Shown here piece after piece: positions 1-14,597 of a DNA stretch of 64,000 nucleotides. Position numbers and translations under genes: made by a program. The stretch lies in the NCBI GenBank assembly GCA_040954595.2, contig CM082580.2, positions 2,532,783-2,596,782 on the forward strand. Reading direction: 5' to 3'. Origin of the DNA: Balanoglossus misakiensis. Its lineage: Eukaryota; Animalia; Hemichordata. Under the pieces are notes generated by a model that was given only the letters and a program-made list of their open reading frames with translations, did no database searches and was not told the DNA's origin. Every line of letters starts with the position of its first letter. Within the stretch, counting starts at the first letter, position 1.

Positions 1-441
1 CTTCGTGAGGGGGTCAAATCATTTTATAATAATTGCATTCTGGATAAAAGGTCGACAACTCACTGTAGTAATAGATAACAGAAATGATACGCTGACTCTA
101 TTTCATGACTTCCTTTGATAAAACATTTCTGTCTTTGTAACTAGTAAATGAAACTCATTCAACTTTTTTCACATTTTATTTTTTCTGTTACAAAGTTTCA
201 GAATGACCCAGTATCACTTAAGAACTTCCATTTCTGAAACATGGCAAAAATCGGCCATCTTGAAATTGTATCGACCATATGAGACTTTCATCACTCACTT
301 AGGAGGCAGAAATTCATCGTCGACTGTTCGAGTAAAATGTAAACGTTGAATACACATTAAGAACATTCTATGGCAGGATGCCAAATAATTTTGCAGGGGT
401 TTTGCTCCCCAAAATACACCATTTTCTGCACTCTTTTTCAG

Positions 442-3400
442 GACACAGACAACCATGCCCACCCGGTTATCGATCTCCAACTGGACATTATCAACCGGGT
501 TGTTCGAGTAAGTACATCACTCAATCATAAACACACAGAGAGAGAGAGGGGGGGGGGGAGAATAGACAGACAGACAGAATGTACAAGGAAATTTTCAATT
601 GACATTTTTTTATTCATTAACCCAGAGGAATACCCAAAACTCCGGGGAAGGCCAAAGTTGACACTACGTGTACAGAACGGGGGACGCCACAGTTACCTCG
701 AGTGTCAATTCACAGGCCTCAGTTCGCAAAATGTGTCTTACGAAGTTATGTGGAAGGAGGACGACATCCTGGTCAGGATAACTAAAAATGTCTCGGAGTC
801 ACAAGGAGACGTACTGCATGAAGATGAATACACCATCGGTGGCACAGTAAGTTCCCACAGTTTCTTTCAGCTTTGTTATGAATACCCCACATACTAACGA
901 TGACCTCGGGTAGTTTTCGCTTCCAAACGTGTTAGTTAAACTTTTGACCGATTCCAGGTTACCACATGGCTAACATCGATAGTCAGCCCGCGTCTCCAGG
1001 AATCATGCTGGTGGATGGAAAGCAATATCTGTTGATCTTTTTTTTCAATGAAGGTTTCGTAATTCTGTATATTTTATAGCAACCTTGCGTAATATATGTA
1101 TCTGCTTCCGTTGATACTAATGAGTATGGTTTTGCGTGAATATCGTTTAGTTTTATCGCTTATTTTTCTTTTTTTTTTCTCTTGAAGTTCCGATGCTACC
1201 TCCGCGCTCGTTTTGCAGATTCACCTATTACAGGTCCGTGGTCACCCAGCTATCCAATTTTTATCGGCATCGAGGTAAGCACATATTTGATCATTTATGA
1301 ATCAGATGGCACAATTTACACTGCATTCTGATGGAGCGTATCCCCTGATTGTGTCCACGTTCCAGCATTTATAAACGGTGTTCGGTTGAATTTTGAATCT
1401 CAAACCACATTTCAGGTGAGCCCACAATCTGTTGTCATACGAGAAGACTTGTCGGAAGGTAGCCACGAGGTTGCAATTTCGGCCACTGTGCCAATGTCGT
1501 GTGTCCTTGAACTGAAAGCTGACATAGGTGAGTTTCCATCATTAGACACATATACCAACTGATGTAGTCCGTGGATTACACCGCCACGTCACGTGAGCCT
1601 ATTCAGTTCTCATCTGATCATGAACGGTGTCTTGTTATTCTGGCGCCATGCAAATAACGACTCTTGATATTGTCTTCTTTTTGGACAGGGGATCTCGGTC
1701 GTCCAGAAGTCCTTCTGAGCACATGCAAAGTGACCATTGCCCATGAAACGTACAGCACAGAACAGTGGGTGAACTTGGAGGCGGTGAGGGATTTCCAAAA
1801 CGATGGAGACCAGTCGGTGATGGTGTATGTGCAGCCTACTGACGAGTGCTCTTACAATGTCAAAGCTGGTTACAATGAGAGTTTTGTAGTAAGTGTTTCA
1901 CTCTGCTCCGTGTAAAAGATACCTGTTTTATAATTGGGTATTGCAAGTTAGTATAGTTATATAACAATGCTTGTTTTGTGAGGTTATGTTTTCATCCAGA
2001 GTTTAAGGAGCAAAATCAATCACTTTTGACATAATTTTAGTGTCTTTTTGGCAGTCACTATAGAAATTCTTCTCTCTGTTTAATTATAAGGTCAACGTTA
2101 TTGACGTCGACTACGGCCGGTGCACAAGCCGGGGCGACCCTCACATCATCACCTACGACGGAAGGTGCGTAAAAACGCGGGCCAAATCTTTTTTATCTGT
2201 GCGCGCTAGTCAATAGGCATGGAATTATACCTGGAAATATACACCCGCAGTGGCACCCATCTCCACCTCATATATCGTTAGTGTCAAGTGAAGCTTTACC
2301 AGCCATGTGTTTTGCGAGCACAGTATTAACACGATTTGCGTGCAACATTTTTGGCGATTTCTTAATCACTAGATTTCTCAATCATTCGGCATATATCATA
2401 AAGTCTACTGCCATTGTTTTTGTTTTTAAGGAGGTACAACAATTATCTGATAGGCGACTTTATACTCCATAGAAGCCATTACAGATATTTTGAGGTAAGG
2501 GGTAATGTCATTTCTGTCTATGTGTGACTAATTGCGATTCGCTCAGCCAAAAGGAAAACTTCAATAAACCGAAAGTTATCACTGATACCATGTAATCGAA
2601 ATCTTCGTTTACACGGTGTGTTTTTTAGGTTCACGTCAGAACATGGAAATGCTGGAAGGTTACCTGCAACTGTGGGGTGGTCGTTCGCGAAGACAACGAT
2701 GTCGTTGGTGTCTCGATGTGCGAGGGAGAGTGGGGGAAAACTGCACCGCGGGTAATGAAATTCAGCGAAGGAAACTTCGCACCTGGACTGTCCATCTTTA
2801 CGCACAACGACGGAAAGCGGTTCACTGTGAGTATATATGCACAGTACACAACATTCCGCTATCATTTTTACGTCAGAGAAATTGGTATAGACCAGGACAC
2901 GAAAAACTTATGAAAAATTAACACAATTACCTTTGGTAACAATAAGCTTCTTTGTTTTATGACAATATTAACTTATTGTTTGGCAGATACGACTGCCCTC
3001 TGGAAGTAAGATTGATGTGAAAACTAGAAAGTATCTAATAAACGTGGCTGTGACGGTCCCAGGGGATGATTTCAGAGGTTCTGCTGGTCTGTGCGGCGTC
3101 TTTGATGGGGACATCTCCAACGATTACACAAAACGCGATGGAACGATTTTCTATCGTGGAGGAAAGCGACCAGATAAGTTCATTGTCAGCTGGAGGCAAG
3201 ATAACATTTACATTTTCTGTGTGCGTCATCATACTTATTGAAAGTATCTCCGTAGAGAGAGTGGTGGCCATGTTGAAATTCTCTTTTGGGTAACGTGATC
3301 AATGCTTTGTTCATACTGATTTCTTGAAGGCTTCCCGCCGGAGAGAGCTTATTTCACAAGCTACCGAACGAAGTGCGGGTGGATGGGCACAACGTTAGCG

Positions 3401-6400
3401 ATCATCAACCCGGCAACAATCTCAGCGATTGCTCCAACGAAATCCGCTCGCGTCAACATAAAAATCGATACTCTGCGGGGGGTAGGAGCAGACGCCCCCT
3501 GCGGCCACATTCGTCTCGGGTGGACATCACCGCGGAGGTTAATGACGTCAATGCTAAACTGGGCTCGCGTTCCGTCCCAAACGCTCGCAGTGGAAACGAT
3601 ACGGACCAACCTGTAAACACGGTAGAAAGGTTAGTCTCCTGTCGGTATAGGAAAACCTGCCAAGTTCATATTGAACTTGTATAACAATGTCAGAAACGTG
3701 AAAAACACTGAAACAGACCAACAGTTGGGTTCATTACATATAGGCATTATTGGGTTTGTGATATACTGTCTTATACTGTCACGTGGCCTGGGGTATCAAG
3801 AAACCCCTTTTGCCACTTGGTGGAGGGGGAGGGACGACAAACTGTCTATCCACATATGGGAAGAGTCGGTGATATGGTGACCAGTCGAAGGAATTAAATT
3901 CACGAATTGTGCTTACAGATGAACGTGGTGACTTTTTACCTTAACAATTTTTGCACGTCTATTTAGAAGACAAGCAAGCATGAAAATCAACAAAATGAGA
4001 ATGTTCATGTCATCCGAACTTGTTCAATTAGTTGTAAACTTGAAATGTTTCTTTAAATATAACTCGATATTATCAACCGATTGAAGGAAACGGCGGGATG
4101 AACCCTCACCAGACGTGTACGAAGTAACGTGGCCAACAGCAAGCGGTATAACATTGGAACAAGCGGACGATCGGTGTAGAGCTGAGATCTTGGAGTCACC
4201 GATCGCCGAGCACTGTGCCGATGTTCCCGGTGTCGATTTGTTCCGAGGAGTCGACGGATGCGTAGAAGACATCGGTGTGAGTATCATTTAGAAGTCATGT
4301 CAACATGAGGCGGGGCTCTTATAACAATGGAATATCAGTGATCATGGTTGTAATTGTGAAAAGTACAAGACTATTATTCAGAGAGTGACAAAAGCCCTTT
4401 TAAAAAAATTAAATGAACTTCCCATACTTCACAGCGCATGCTCACTCCCTATATTTCAACCCTGGGCAGACTTTCCAAGCATCTGCTGAACATCACTGAT
4501 TTATTTCAAACAATGCGCATGTCCAGATTGCGAGGTTCATATTCACAAACTTCGGCATTGGGTCAAACTTACTGTTGAGTTATTAAAGTATAAAAAGAAG
4601 TGCCGAATTTTTTTGTAACTTGTTGTTGTTTATTTTAATTTTTAGGTGCTCGATGGTTTTGATCTGGTGTTCGAGGTTGTTGACGAAATGATAGACCACT
4701 GTGAAGACGTGGCGTTGAAAACTGTTTCTATGTACTCAGATGGTAAGAGTGGGTTATGTGCTCGAAGTAGTACACCCATTTCCGTGGGAGGAAATACATA
4801 GTGTATAATGCCTGGCTGGACAAATTACTATACCCTTTATCTGCGACCACCGTTCACGGCCAATCCGATTGCTTTGTATGTAGGCATACTTTTAATGTTA
4901 TTATAATATTTATACATTTCTGAAGACACAGAGGGGAATTACTTGCCGCCAACATTTCTTGGTCACCTGATCTGTCCACAACAGTGTAGTTACCATGGCA
5001 ACTGTACCGAGGGTGTCTGCCGCTGTCATGGAGGTATAGTTACGTTAAAGTTTTTAATCTTCTTGTAAAGTGTAATCGTACCTTTTAGTAACTATGTGCC
5101 TCTAACCGTTCAGTTCGTTGCTACATTAAAGTATGTAAGAAAACTGGGAGCTACCGCACTCCGTACACGCCACACGGTGACCAACCCCCCCCCCCCATCC
5201 TCTCCACTTTTTAAGAGGAAATAATCTTAAGTTGCATTAAGTAAACTATGAGAAAAGGTTTCAGACTTAATTTTCTGCTCTGATACTACCTTAAGAGCAA
5301 AGTAAACATTTTACTGTCCCTATTCAGGATACGCGGGACCAGACTGTTCAATTGACTTGGGGAAGCCACCCGACGTGTGGTTCATTGAAGGCTCGGAACA
5401 GCACGGTCTGTGCGATATACGTCATGACTTCTGTCAGTCAATCTCTCTCGTCGGCGACAACTTCCTGAATAGTGACTTGCTTATGTGTCATTACCAGAAT
5501 GTAAAGGTAAGGACTCCGGATAATTACGTTGTTAGTGTGACGTCATATCGGGCCCAATAATCATAATCATGCTAGGTTTGTAAATTACAACAAATTGATG
5601 AGATCATCTTGAACCACTGTCACGCGTTCGATACGTGTCTACTCTCTGTTTATATTGTCTTCTGTCTGATTTCGTCATCGATCACATCAACATCGTTCTC
5701 TTTCACTATTCACCAGTACGAAGACGATGAAGGCTGGATGGCCACCAGTATACACACGGCTGAAGCTGACGCCTTCTTCGTCAGCTTTCGGGAGGTTTAC
5801 TGCCGACCGCGGCTACCCATCGTAGAGCCTGGGAACCCTGATGAAACAGACGGCATGACTTCGGCAACTGTCCGTGTTCATGTCAGCAACAACGCCGGCG
5901 CCATTGCAAGCAAAGGGATGCTGCTGACCGTGTACGACTCCAAGTGTTTGTCATGTGACAGCGCAGGATTGTGTGAACTGAAGGTAGGGAAATTGAAGAA
6001 ATAAGGAAAAATACCGTTTTCCCATATGCACTCTGTGAAGTTGTGTCTATAGCCCATATACATTTGCACAGCGCATAGACAGTGGGGTTTCCAGTAACCG
6101 TTTCCTTTACAATCAAAGCGTCATGAATACCGGTACATTTAATGCATAATTTTTTTCTGGAAAGAAGTGAACATAATATTTTCTGTCAAGGTTAAACGTT
6201 TCGAAATGAGTCAACATACAGTAAACAGCACCACGAACTTAAAACAAAAATTATTTTCTGGATTCGCGGGTGTACATGGGCAAATTTAAAATGAGCCATC
6301 AATAAAATTGCTCACTCATCGGTGTTACGTACGCCTGATACTTTATACATGGACGTTGGTGTTCAGCAGAAGTTCAGAATTTACTATTTGCTATGGTATG

Positions 6401-7148
6401 AAAACATGGTCTCCATTTGTTCTAGGAAACTGCTTGCGAAATTAATGGACACTGTTTTTCTGATGGCGATCATCACCCGACTGATGCTACACTGCAGTGC
6501 CTGCCTTACAAAGATCAACACAGTTGGAGCATGCGTGACAGTAAGTGATTTCAGGCAGAGCGTGAAAGTTATAGGTTGCTTGCATGTGGAGTCCCCTGAT
6601 CATAAGCCCACATGCTCTAGTTCCCTTATATCTTGCTTTCTCATCGTAGTAACCATGTATAATGCACTACGCTGTGAAATTTATCGCGGGCTTTAAGCGA
6701 TCGCTGGTCATAGTGATGGCTTTGCCAGTCACCCTAACGTGTATTTTGTTTTATTTTGTGAACACAGAGGCTGGTGTTTCGTTGGCTTTGATTATCGTGC
6801 TGGGTGTGATCATTGCCGTCGCGTCTGTGGGTGTGATTGGTACATGTATTGGCATTTGGACTTGCAAAATCTCAAAAAATAAGGTGAGAATGGGACCCGG
6901 GCGAAAATTTCTGGGTATCGGCTGTGCTTGGTGATACACGCATTTGAAGTAGCAAAGTCGGAACGGCTGAAGTTTCGCTTATTCGTATTGCGTATGCAGG
7001 CTATGTTGACAAGCTGACCATAAACAGTAGAATGTCTACGAGCTGACATGGCATATAACAACCTTTATCGCATGCATTTATAGTAACTGTGTTGAAATGA
7101 AAACTACAGGCTACGCATCTTTCTACTTTTCAGGTCTCGTCTATGTAA
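442..7148 (+). CDS. VWDE-like (von Willebrand factor D and EGF domain) type I membrane protein, copy 1; multi-exon, 5' end lies outside the window
   Basis: Spliced exons at ~442-507, 626-846, 1188-1274, 1416-1527, 1689-1888, 2091-2164 (GRCTSRGDPHIITYDG, VWD start), 2431-2494, 2630-2826, 2988-3195 (GLCGVFDGD), 3330-3629, 4087-4275, 4646-4742, 4927-5033 (EGF), 5328-5507, 5717-5983, 6427-6541, 6768-6883 (TM: VSLALIIVLGVIIAVASVGVIGTCIGIW) and 7134-7148 (VSSM*). Exon-for-exon paralogue of the gene at 11061-26927. Confidence 0.85.
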
Positions 7149-8036
7149 ACGTAGCGCTACCCAAGTCAAGAAAATGCAACATCATTCTATACACAAAGTG
7201 ACGTCGCGACGTGAAAAAAAATAATCTGATTATGATTAAGAAGTATATGTGCCTTTTTATTCAAATAATTTGTTTGCATTGTTAGATATTGGATTGAGTT
7301 CATTGAGTTTAACCCATTTTATTCAGTTTGTGGTAGAACAGAGAATCTAATTTTGGCAATTTTGCAATTTCGAAGTATGTAAACTACTGACTCAATTTGT
7401 GTCACGTTTGCCGTGGTTTTTACTCACGTTATGTTTTATGTTAGTGTGCATGGGTTAAAGACTATCGCACCAGAATATGCGACAAATAGCCACAGGTTAT
7501 GTTTAAGTATATGTATTCTCCGAGCACATAGTAATCACAGTACATTCTGTTTGTATGGATATTAAAGTGAGCCTCTGTGTCAACAATGTTATTGTGGGAG
7601 TCGTTTCTGTTGTATACTAAGGATCGGAATTCCCAGCCACTTTGAGTTGCGCAGATTCGCATAAAATCGGTCGTTCTGGCCGCGTTATGCCACCAGCTGT
7701 GGTTCTGGAACGTACCGTGGAGTCTGTCTGTATTACTTCATATACTCGATCAAAAATAGTTATTTCCCTCAACAAAAAATACCCCTCTCCGTTAATACCA
7801 ATCTATAGACAATATAAGACATTCCATTTCATTTTTACAATGTCAAGAGTAGTCCAAGAAATGTTAAGCCACGCTTTGATTGGGGTATTTTATTTATACC
7901 CAAGTAGAAAGCTCTTTTAAGGCACTTTCATTTAATCCACATTTCCTAATAATTTCACTACAAAGAATAATCAAATTACGACAGTTGGCAAATATCGGGG
8001 GTAAGCGCTTTCTCTTAACACGGGTGTATTTGGGGC

Positions 8037-8179
8037 TAGACTCTCTCACAGCCCACGGTTCGCTACGCACCCTCAACCGTTTGGCAAGGGAGAAGCACCG
8101 TGTGGTGTTGTGTAGCGGGCACACATGCAATCAGTCCATAAGCCTGCATGGACGGCGAGAGGGGCTGTGAGAGAGTCTA
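8037..8179. mobile_element. MITE with TAG...CTA termini and 9-bp TSD (AcademH-like)
   Basis: TIRs tagactctctcacagccc / gggctgtgagagagtcta. Direct repeat atttggggc at 8028-8036 and 8180-8188. Confidence 0.75.
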
Positions 8180-8372
8180 ATTTGGGGCGAGCCGGCACAG
8201 CACAACCAAAAGTGTTTAAAAACTATACTAGCTTTGTGAGTTTAAGACAAGTCGTTTGTATAAAATAGAAATAAATATATCCACTGCTGATTGTTAGGGG
8301 AGATCACATTTCATGTAGCGAGCCGTCTTTCTAAACATGCCCCGTTACATCTTAATGTGATGTAGGGGCCTC

Positions 8373-9457
8373 TCATGAAAACGTGGTAACCAGGGTAACC
8401 GAGAAAATCACCCACAGCGTGGCTTGTTGGTCGGAGCCGAGCAGATGACTGGCGGGGTGCGTTCGCCGCAAACGTCGGGCACGTCGCCGGTGCAGGCGGC
8501 GTACTTCATGGCGTAGTAGATGTGGGTCTGCTCGTGGGTGGTGTGGAAGAGATGGGACATGGGACCCTTGGCGTAGATGTTGACATCCTCGCCGTCGTGG
8601 CCGGCCCACTTGTTGCGGATGAGAGCTTGCTGCAAGTACGATGCGGATTCTGCAAAACCAGGCGGTGAAAATATCGAGTGAGTGTGGAATGCAAGTATAT
8701 ATAGGTTGGGTTATATAGTCATTCACACAAACTCCACACCATAATGGTACGTTTGATGATGGTTTCGTAAAAGTGTCAATATACGCGTACCCTATAGTGG
8801 GGTATGTGTAAAAAATTATTTTGCCACAACAAACAGATAAAATTACCCGTGTCCACGTTGGTCAAATCCGGCCGATAACCGGTATAATTAATCGCCTGAA
8901 GGACAGATTTAGCCCCTGGGTCATCCGGATAGAGCAAGGTGTAAACGGACAACCGTCCAAGTTCTTTTTCGAGGTCGTCTGTCCCTGTACATGCACGTGG
9001 GAAGAAAAATGAAATAGATCAGTACACTAGATTTGCAGCGTCGTTTAGCATAAAATGTTTGCACCTCGGACACCGTACATTTATTTACAGAAGGTTTCTG
9101 ATCCTCTAGGCTCGACTGAGTGTGCAGTGTTTTACCATAGACAGTCTGTCTATGGTTTTACGTACCATGATACATTTCGCAAACGCCGCGATGATCTCCA
9201 AAATGTTTAGAATATGCGCGCGTACATTTTATGTCCATACAGCCAAATTTATGGGCGGGAGGTCGGCTCTTACCTAAGATAGGATTTCCACGACTTGGAT
9301 ACCCTAGTATGTTGAATGAATAGCTGTGGTCGGCAGTCACGAACGTGAGAGTGTCGTCATCGCCGAGAAGGTCGCCGCCCTTCTTGACCGCGTCTTCAAA
9401 AGCGACGCCATCAACCAGAGCGTGGAACGCTTTACCGTCGTGGTGGCATTCTTCCTC
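8373..9457 (-). pseudogene. Alkaline phosphatase pseudogene fragment (last two surviving exons)
   Basis: Exon ~9457-9273 carries VTADHSY and YPSRGNPILG, but has an 8-nt deletion in the DHSHH metal-ligand motif relative to 28787-28794. Exon ~8650-8373 carries YLQQA...GHDGEDVNIYAKGPMSHLF...YAAC with a 1-nt frameshift before the hydrophobic GPI-type tail. No upstream exons are visible. Confidence 0.85.
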
Positions 9458-10274
9458 CTACAATATATTGGCAGGCAGGTAGCAGCAATGATTGTAGTAG
9501 CGGGTGCTGCTAGGTTGACTGGTGTTCGCAGCCCAACCAGTTACTGGAAATGACTGAGTTTGTTTTGCAATCCAAGTTGGACTTAATGTTTCTTTGGATA
9601 TGTATTTCCACTCGTCAGAGAAATCATTTTAGCGAGTCGTGCACGAAAGTCACACTCGCTGCACCTATCCTTTAAACCAACTAAAACTGACTTTCCACAC
9701 GGTGCATTGTACATAATATGGTATCTCCTTTGAGGCTATTTTTGTAACACATTTTTAATCTCATACTCTGAAAGATTTATAAGCAATAAACTGGTTTTGC
9801 TAACTATACTTGAATACTTGATTTGGATTATTGATAAATAATGAGATCGAGCTGTTGCCTTGGACGCGAATCATAACCGATGCAAGTGAATTCAGGGATC
9901 CGGATTTTTTTGAAAAAATCAACTAAAATCAGAGGCAAGATGATGAATTGTTAGTGACCTAGTGGAGTCTGTTGTGAATGCAATGTGGATGTCATGCCAT
10001 GGACAAAGCGACACGAGTTGACTGTTTCGAGACTGATATCAGTAATTTAATTGCAGAAAGGAAAGACTATTATTTCAATCTCCATCTACGCGCGCGACCC
10101 TTCCTTTGGACTTGTAATGAACAATGGGCTCAGGAATTTCACGCTGCGTGGGAAATGGTTTTAATTTGCTATTAATCTTCCATTTATTCTGGAAATATAG
10201 AGAGATGCATTTCTGCCTCCGAGTGATGGTCTTCGGCAGAATAGCAACCATTAGTACACAGTGTAATGTTTGCC

Positions 10275-10309
10275 CACAGTCCCTCTATCTATGTGATTGA
10301 GGGACTATG
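10275..10309. mobile_element. 35-bp micro-element, CA...TG termini, 7-bp TSD (P-element-like)
   Basis: The hairpin cacagtccctc...gagggactatg is flanked by gtttgcc on both sides. A related copy is at 63296-63328. Confidence 0.6.
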
Positions 10310-11060
10310 GTTTGCCCGGGGGGACTTCCAGACTCAGAGCGTGCTGTTGGGAAATCGCTGTGAGGGCGTTGCGGAGCGTTTATTAAGTATTAAACAGAAC
10401 TTAAACCGTGGACAAAGGTCCCAATAAGTCCGTTTAACTTAAAGAAACGTGTTACGTTTTCTTAAAGTGAGTGTGTCACTAGGGCATTCTGCGCATGGAC
10501 ACAGGCAGCCAATAGAAGGCTCTGTGTGTACTTAAAAGTTGTAAGGTTTGGGGATATTGGAATTTAATACATTTAGTACCCCTAATGGAAAGTTCTCGTA
10601 TTCGTATGGTCAGGCATATGCAGTGTCCTTATGGATTTCTTCCTCTTGGCAAAACAGTAAGAACCCACTTAGAAAACACAAAGGCTTTATTTCTCGGTTC
10701 ATCCTACCTATGACAAAGGAAAGGGCGATCTGGTTTTCTCGGAGTATTGCTTTATAGAATAACTGTTGCTTGGAACGAGACATCGATCGTCCCCATATCA
10801 TTTTTAAATCCCCATTTCATCTTACTGGTATGAATAATCAAAGCTTACCATGGACCATATCACATTCCATGCCCGATGACGTTATATACGCAGAGCCCCA
10901 GGTGATGGGGTCAAAACCCCTTTCAAAGTGACGAACGTCTTGTAGTACTTACGGAACGGCGTTGATCAAGTACTCCACATACAAACTAAGGGAGCGACGA
11001 AGGCGGATCGCGACAGACATCACTGCAACCACACGGTTACAGATTGGACGCACATCAGCC

Positions 11061-12093
11061 ATGACTTGTATGGCTTTTTGGCTCTTCTCTGTAATAATAT
11101 GCTGTTTTCGAATCGCGGAAGGAGGCTGCGGTAAGTGGATTTTATTTGGCCTATTTTCTTTATTCATGTCGTTCACATGTCATCAATTGGTGGAGTGTTT
11201 GAAATTGATGTCGACAACAGACAACCCGGTCGATGGACAAAATCGTACCTCTACATCACCGAAGAAGTCCCAAACTTATCGGAGAGGGGCTATTTATAGC
11301 GATAAATGCGAATGAAATGGTGTAGTTTGTCTTGATCTGAAATTCACGTCTGCCTTGTTACAGATTTGGAATGGACTTTAGTTTTCAAGGGAGTCAAGGA
11401 CATCGGCGGCGACTTGTACAATTTGTGGACTGAAGGCCATCCTGTGAATGAAGATAACAAAGAAGCAATGTATTTAGACAACTCGTTTCCACAACATTAC
11501 AAGAGTGCACACGTTGATAACTGGAGCAACCTCGACATCGAACTGGTAAGATGTGTTTTCTATTTGTGTTCTCATTATATTATGGAAAGACGCTCAACAT
11601 TAACTGAGTATACAAGAGAAGCGCGAAAGAAAAATTCAACAGGTAAAGAAAAAATACCAAGGGAAAGAGTGCCAACATAGCACCTGGATTAAAACAGATC
11701 TAAAAACTACAGAGTGGAGGGAAACAAATATCAATTTTTCATGTAAAGGAAATTTCACTGAAAAGGCGCCATTACAAAACGCCTCGTCGTCAAATTGAAT
11801 GATTGTTTCAAACCCCTGCATACTAGATTAAGCATCTCACGCTGATGGCATTTTGATATTACAGGTGAAGGTGGCGTTGTACACGGAGGGCAGTGAAGTG
11901 ACTTACTTCATATTCAACGGCACGGACAGCACTAAGATTGATTGGTTCAGCAAAGAACGATTGGTGGACAGTCCCTACGTAGACTTGAACCGGGAAACAC
12001 AAACAAATTACTTCTCTATTCAGGGGTGAGTATTTTGATTCATTGTTAATGGCCGGAGAAAATGGGGAAGAAATCATGAGCGAGAGAGAAAGG

Positions 12094-12153
<60 letters not shown>

Positions 12154-14554
12154 AAGAGTGACAGAAGAGAGAGAGAGTTTGTTTATTTATCTCTGATATC
12201 TATAATTATGTATCTTGATTTGTATTAGGCTGCATTCACAAACACCTCTTTAGGGGGGGCGGGAGAATTGAGGGGGGGATTTGAAAAAATTGAGGGTATG
12301 TAAGGGGGGATTTGAAATAATTTAGGGACTAAAAGGGGGGGACTTGAAAACTTTGACGACTAAATATTTATTTTGAGTCCACAAAAATGCAGTTTCGCGC
12401 CCTTTATTTTACAAAAATTTCTAATGTGGGAGGGGGACACCCCCTCCCACACCCACCCCCTCCATTCATCAACACCTTTCAATAACACCCACCCCCTTCA
12501 ATTCTCGGTTTACATTGTCTCCCAACACAGAATACAAACACTTACAAAATAAAAACAATGTTCACTTTTAATACCCACTAATGAGGGGAAACATAAGTTT
12601 CAAATTCTCATGGGAGCGCTGTTTTTCTTTTTTACAAGATAGATAGGTGATGTGTTTTGCTCTGTGAAAGAAAATGGGGGGGATTTCAAAATTTTGGCAG
12701 TTCGGAAGGGGGGATTTGAAAATATTTCGGGTTGTGTACGGGGGGCATGTGAAAATTAGCGGTAAAAAAATTGAATTCTCCCGCCCCCCCCCCCTCCAGA
12801 GGTGTTTGTGAATGCAGCCTTATTTGATTTTTTTATAATTTCACTTAATCATGGATGTAGTAAATCTAATTAAATGGGAGCACAGTTTCCTTGATGTAGT
12901 TGCAATCGCAATAGCATAAGTAAACGTCGAGTAATTAGCGTGTCTAACTTCTAGTCCTAATAAATAAAGTGCACGTGGAATACATGGAATGCAAAGATTA
13001 TAGCATATTAATTTCCCTGCGTGGAATCCACACTATATTGTCTTGTCTTGTCTTGTCTTGCTTGTCTTGTCTTGCCTTGTCTTTTCTTGTCTTGTCTTGC
13101 CTTGTCTTGTCTTGTCTTGTCTTGTCTTGTCTTGTCTTGTCTAATCTCATCTTGCATTTGACCATTTTTCTTATTGTTTCCGGTCCGAAACCATCACTCA
13201 GACATACATGAACTTATTTCTGCTAAAATTGGCCGAAACGGACACTCCGGCAAACACCGTGTGTTTGCCCGTTGTGTAATCCATTATAACAGTTATTTAT
13301 TAACAATTCTACCTTGAACCAGTATCTGCTGTTATTTATTGTCATTCCCGAAACTATGTGTCGGACAGTTATTCCCGAAGATCACTTCTATTTTTCGAAT
13401 ATGTGACACGTTGATCGGCATATGATTTTGTGGAAATCATTTTACGGAAGGGTGAATACTCTAATAACTAATCACATAATTATATTACTGAATCGAGTTT
13501 GAGCTTTCCGGGTGTCCAAGCGCAAATACTGCATAAGGATACTTATTTTCTATAACGCGATGCGACCATCGTTATACCGTTTCAGGGAGAGCCGCGTTGG
13601 GAGGAGGTTTTACATTCGAAATGAATTCGGCGGATGTGACGCAGACACGGGGTGGTTGTTGATATCAACCGGACGTACGAAATCACATTGTAATTATGAC
13701 AGTTTACCTGGATGTCACTTTCTCTATTCAACACTTAACACTGCAGTCGTTTGGGAATCAGGTCAGTGAGATTTCTACTCGGATTGCCAACACTGAATCA
13801 TCCCAAAGTGCAGTGCGGTTCTTTGATACGTTGTGGCTCATGACAGCCCCATAAATGACACATGGCCACAGGCGTTTGCGGTTTAAATCGGGAATTCCCC
13901 ACAAGAAATGATTGATTGGTGTTGGTCTATTTCACTCTGTGCAAAATGCCAAGAACCAACAAGCCTACACCAGCAAAATATCGTCCCTTAGACAATAAAC
14001 AGGGGAGAGACCCAGAAAGCTAATTTGAAGTCCGTGAAAGAATCGGTCTGCTGTTTCCTGAATAACCCCACCCCAGGGGGGAGTTCAGATCAAATGAAAC
14101 AGCCGCATTGGATCGTACCATGATTAACAGACTGACGTGTACAATAAGTATGTTGTAGTGCTCTGTCTTTGGCAGCGCTGGACAAACTGCCGCTAAAAGG
14201 TGTTTTCAAGAAGTTCAGTCCAGCTGATTTTCACATAAATGCTAACGCTGGCTTCATGTATTCAGGACAACCCTTTTTCGCCAAGCATAACCAGTGCGAT
14301 TTTTTAAAATACAAAAACTGGGTAAAATATTGCCGGATGTTCCTCTCTAGAGGTTACTGTATTTTGAATCATGGGAAATGGCGCTGGGCTTTATTTCGTC
14401 CGCGTGATGTGTTAGAGACCATTCTGTGATAGATGTCACTTCACGCCAGGCTGGGCGTATTTGCATAACTGTTACTATTGTTTGTACTTTGCGTAGAATA
14501 GATCAAGCTTGACTCCCTCCCTCCCTCTCTCCCTCCCTCTCCCCCCCCCTCCCT

Positions 14555-14597
<43 letters not shown>

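Noticed and set aside
12969-13211. Hydrophobic LVLSC-repeat ORF (also SLTH-repeat 18735-18986 and ER-repeat 12043-12228)
   Set aside because: These are translations of microsatellites inside introns.
13890-13900. Perfect kB-like site GGGAATTCCC between the alternative exons
   Set aside because: A single 10-mer with no conservation or clustering evidence; chance cannot be excluded.
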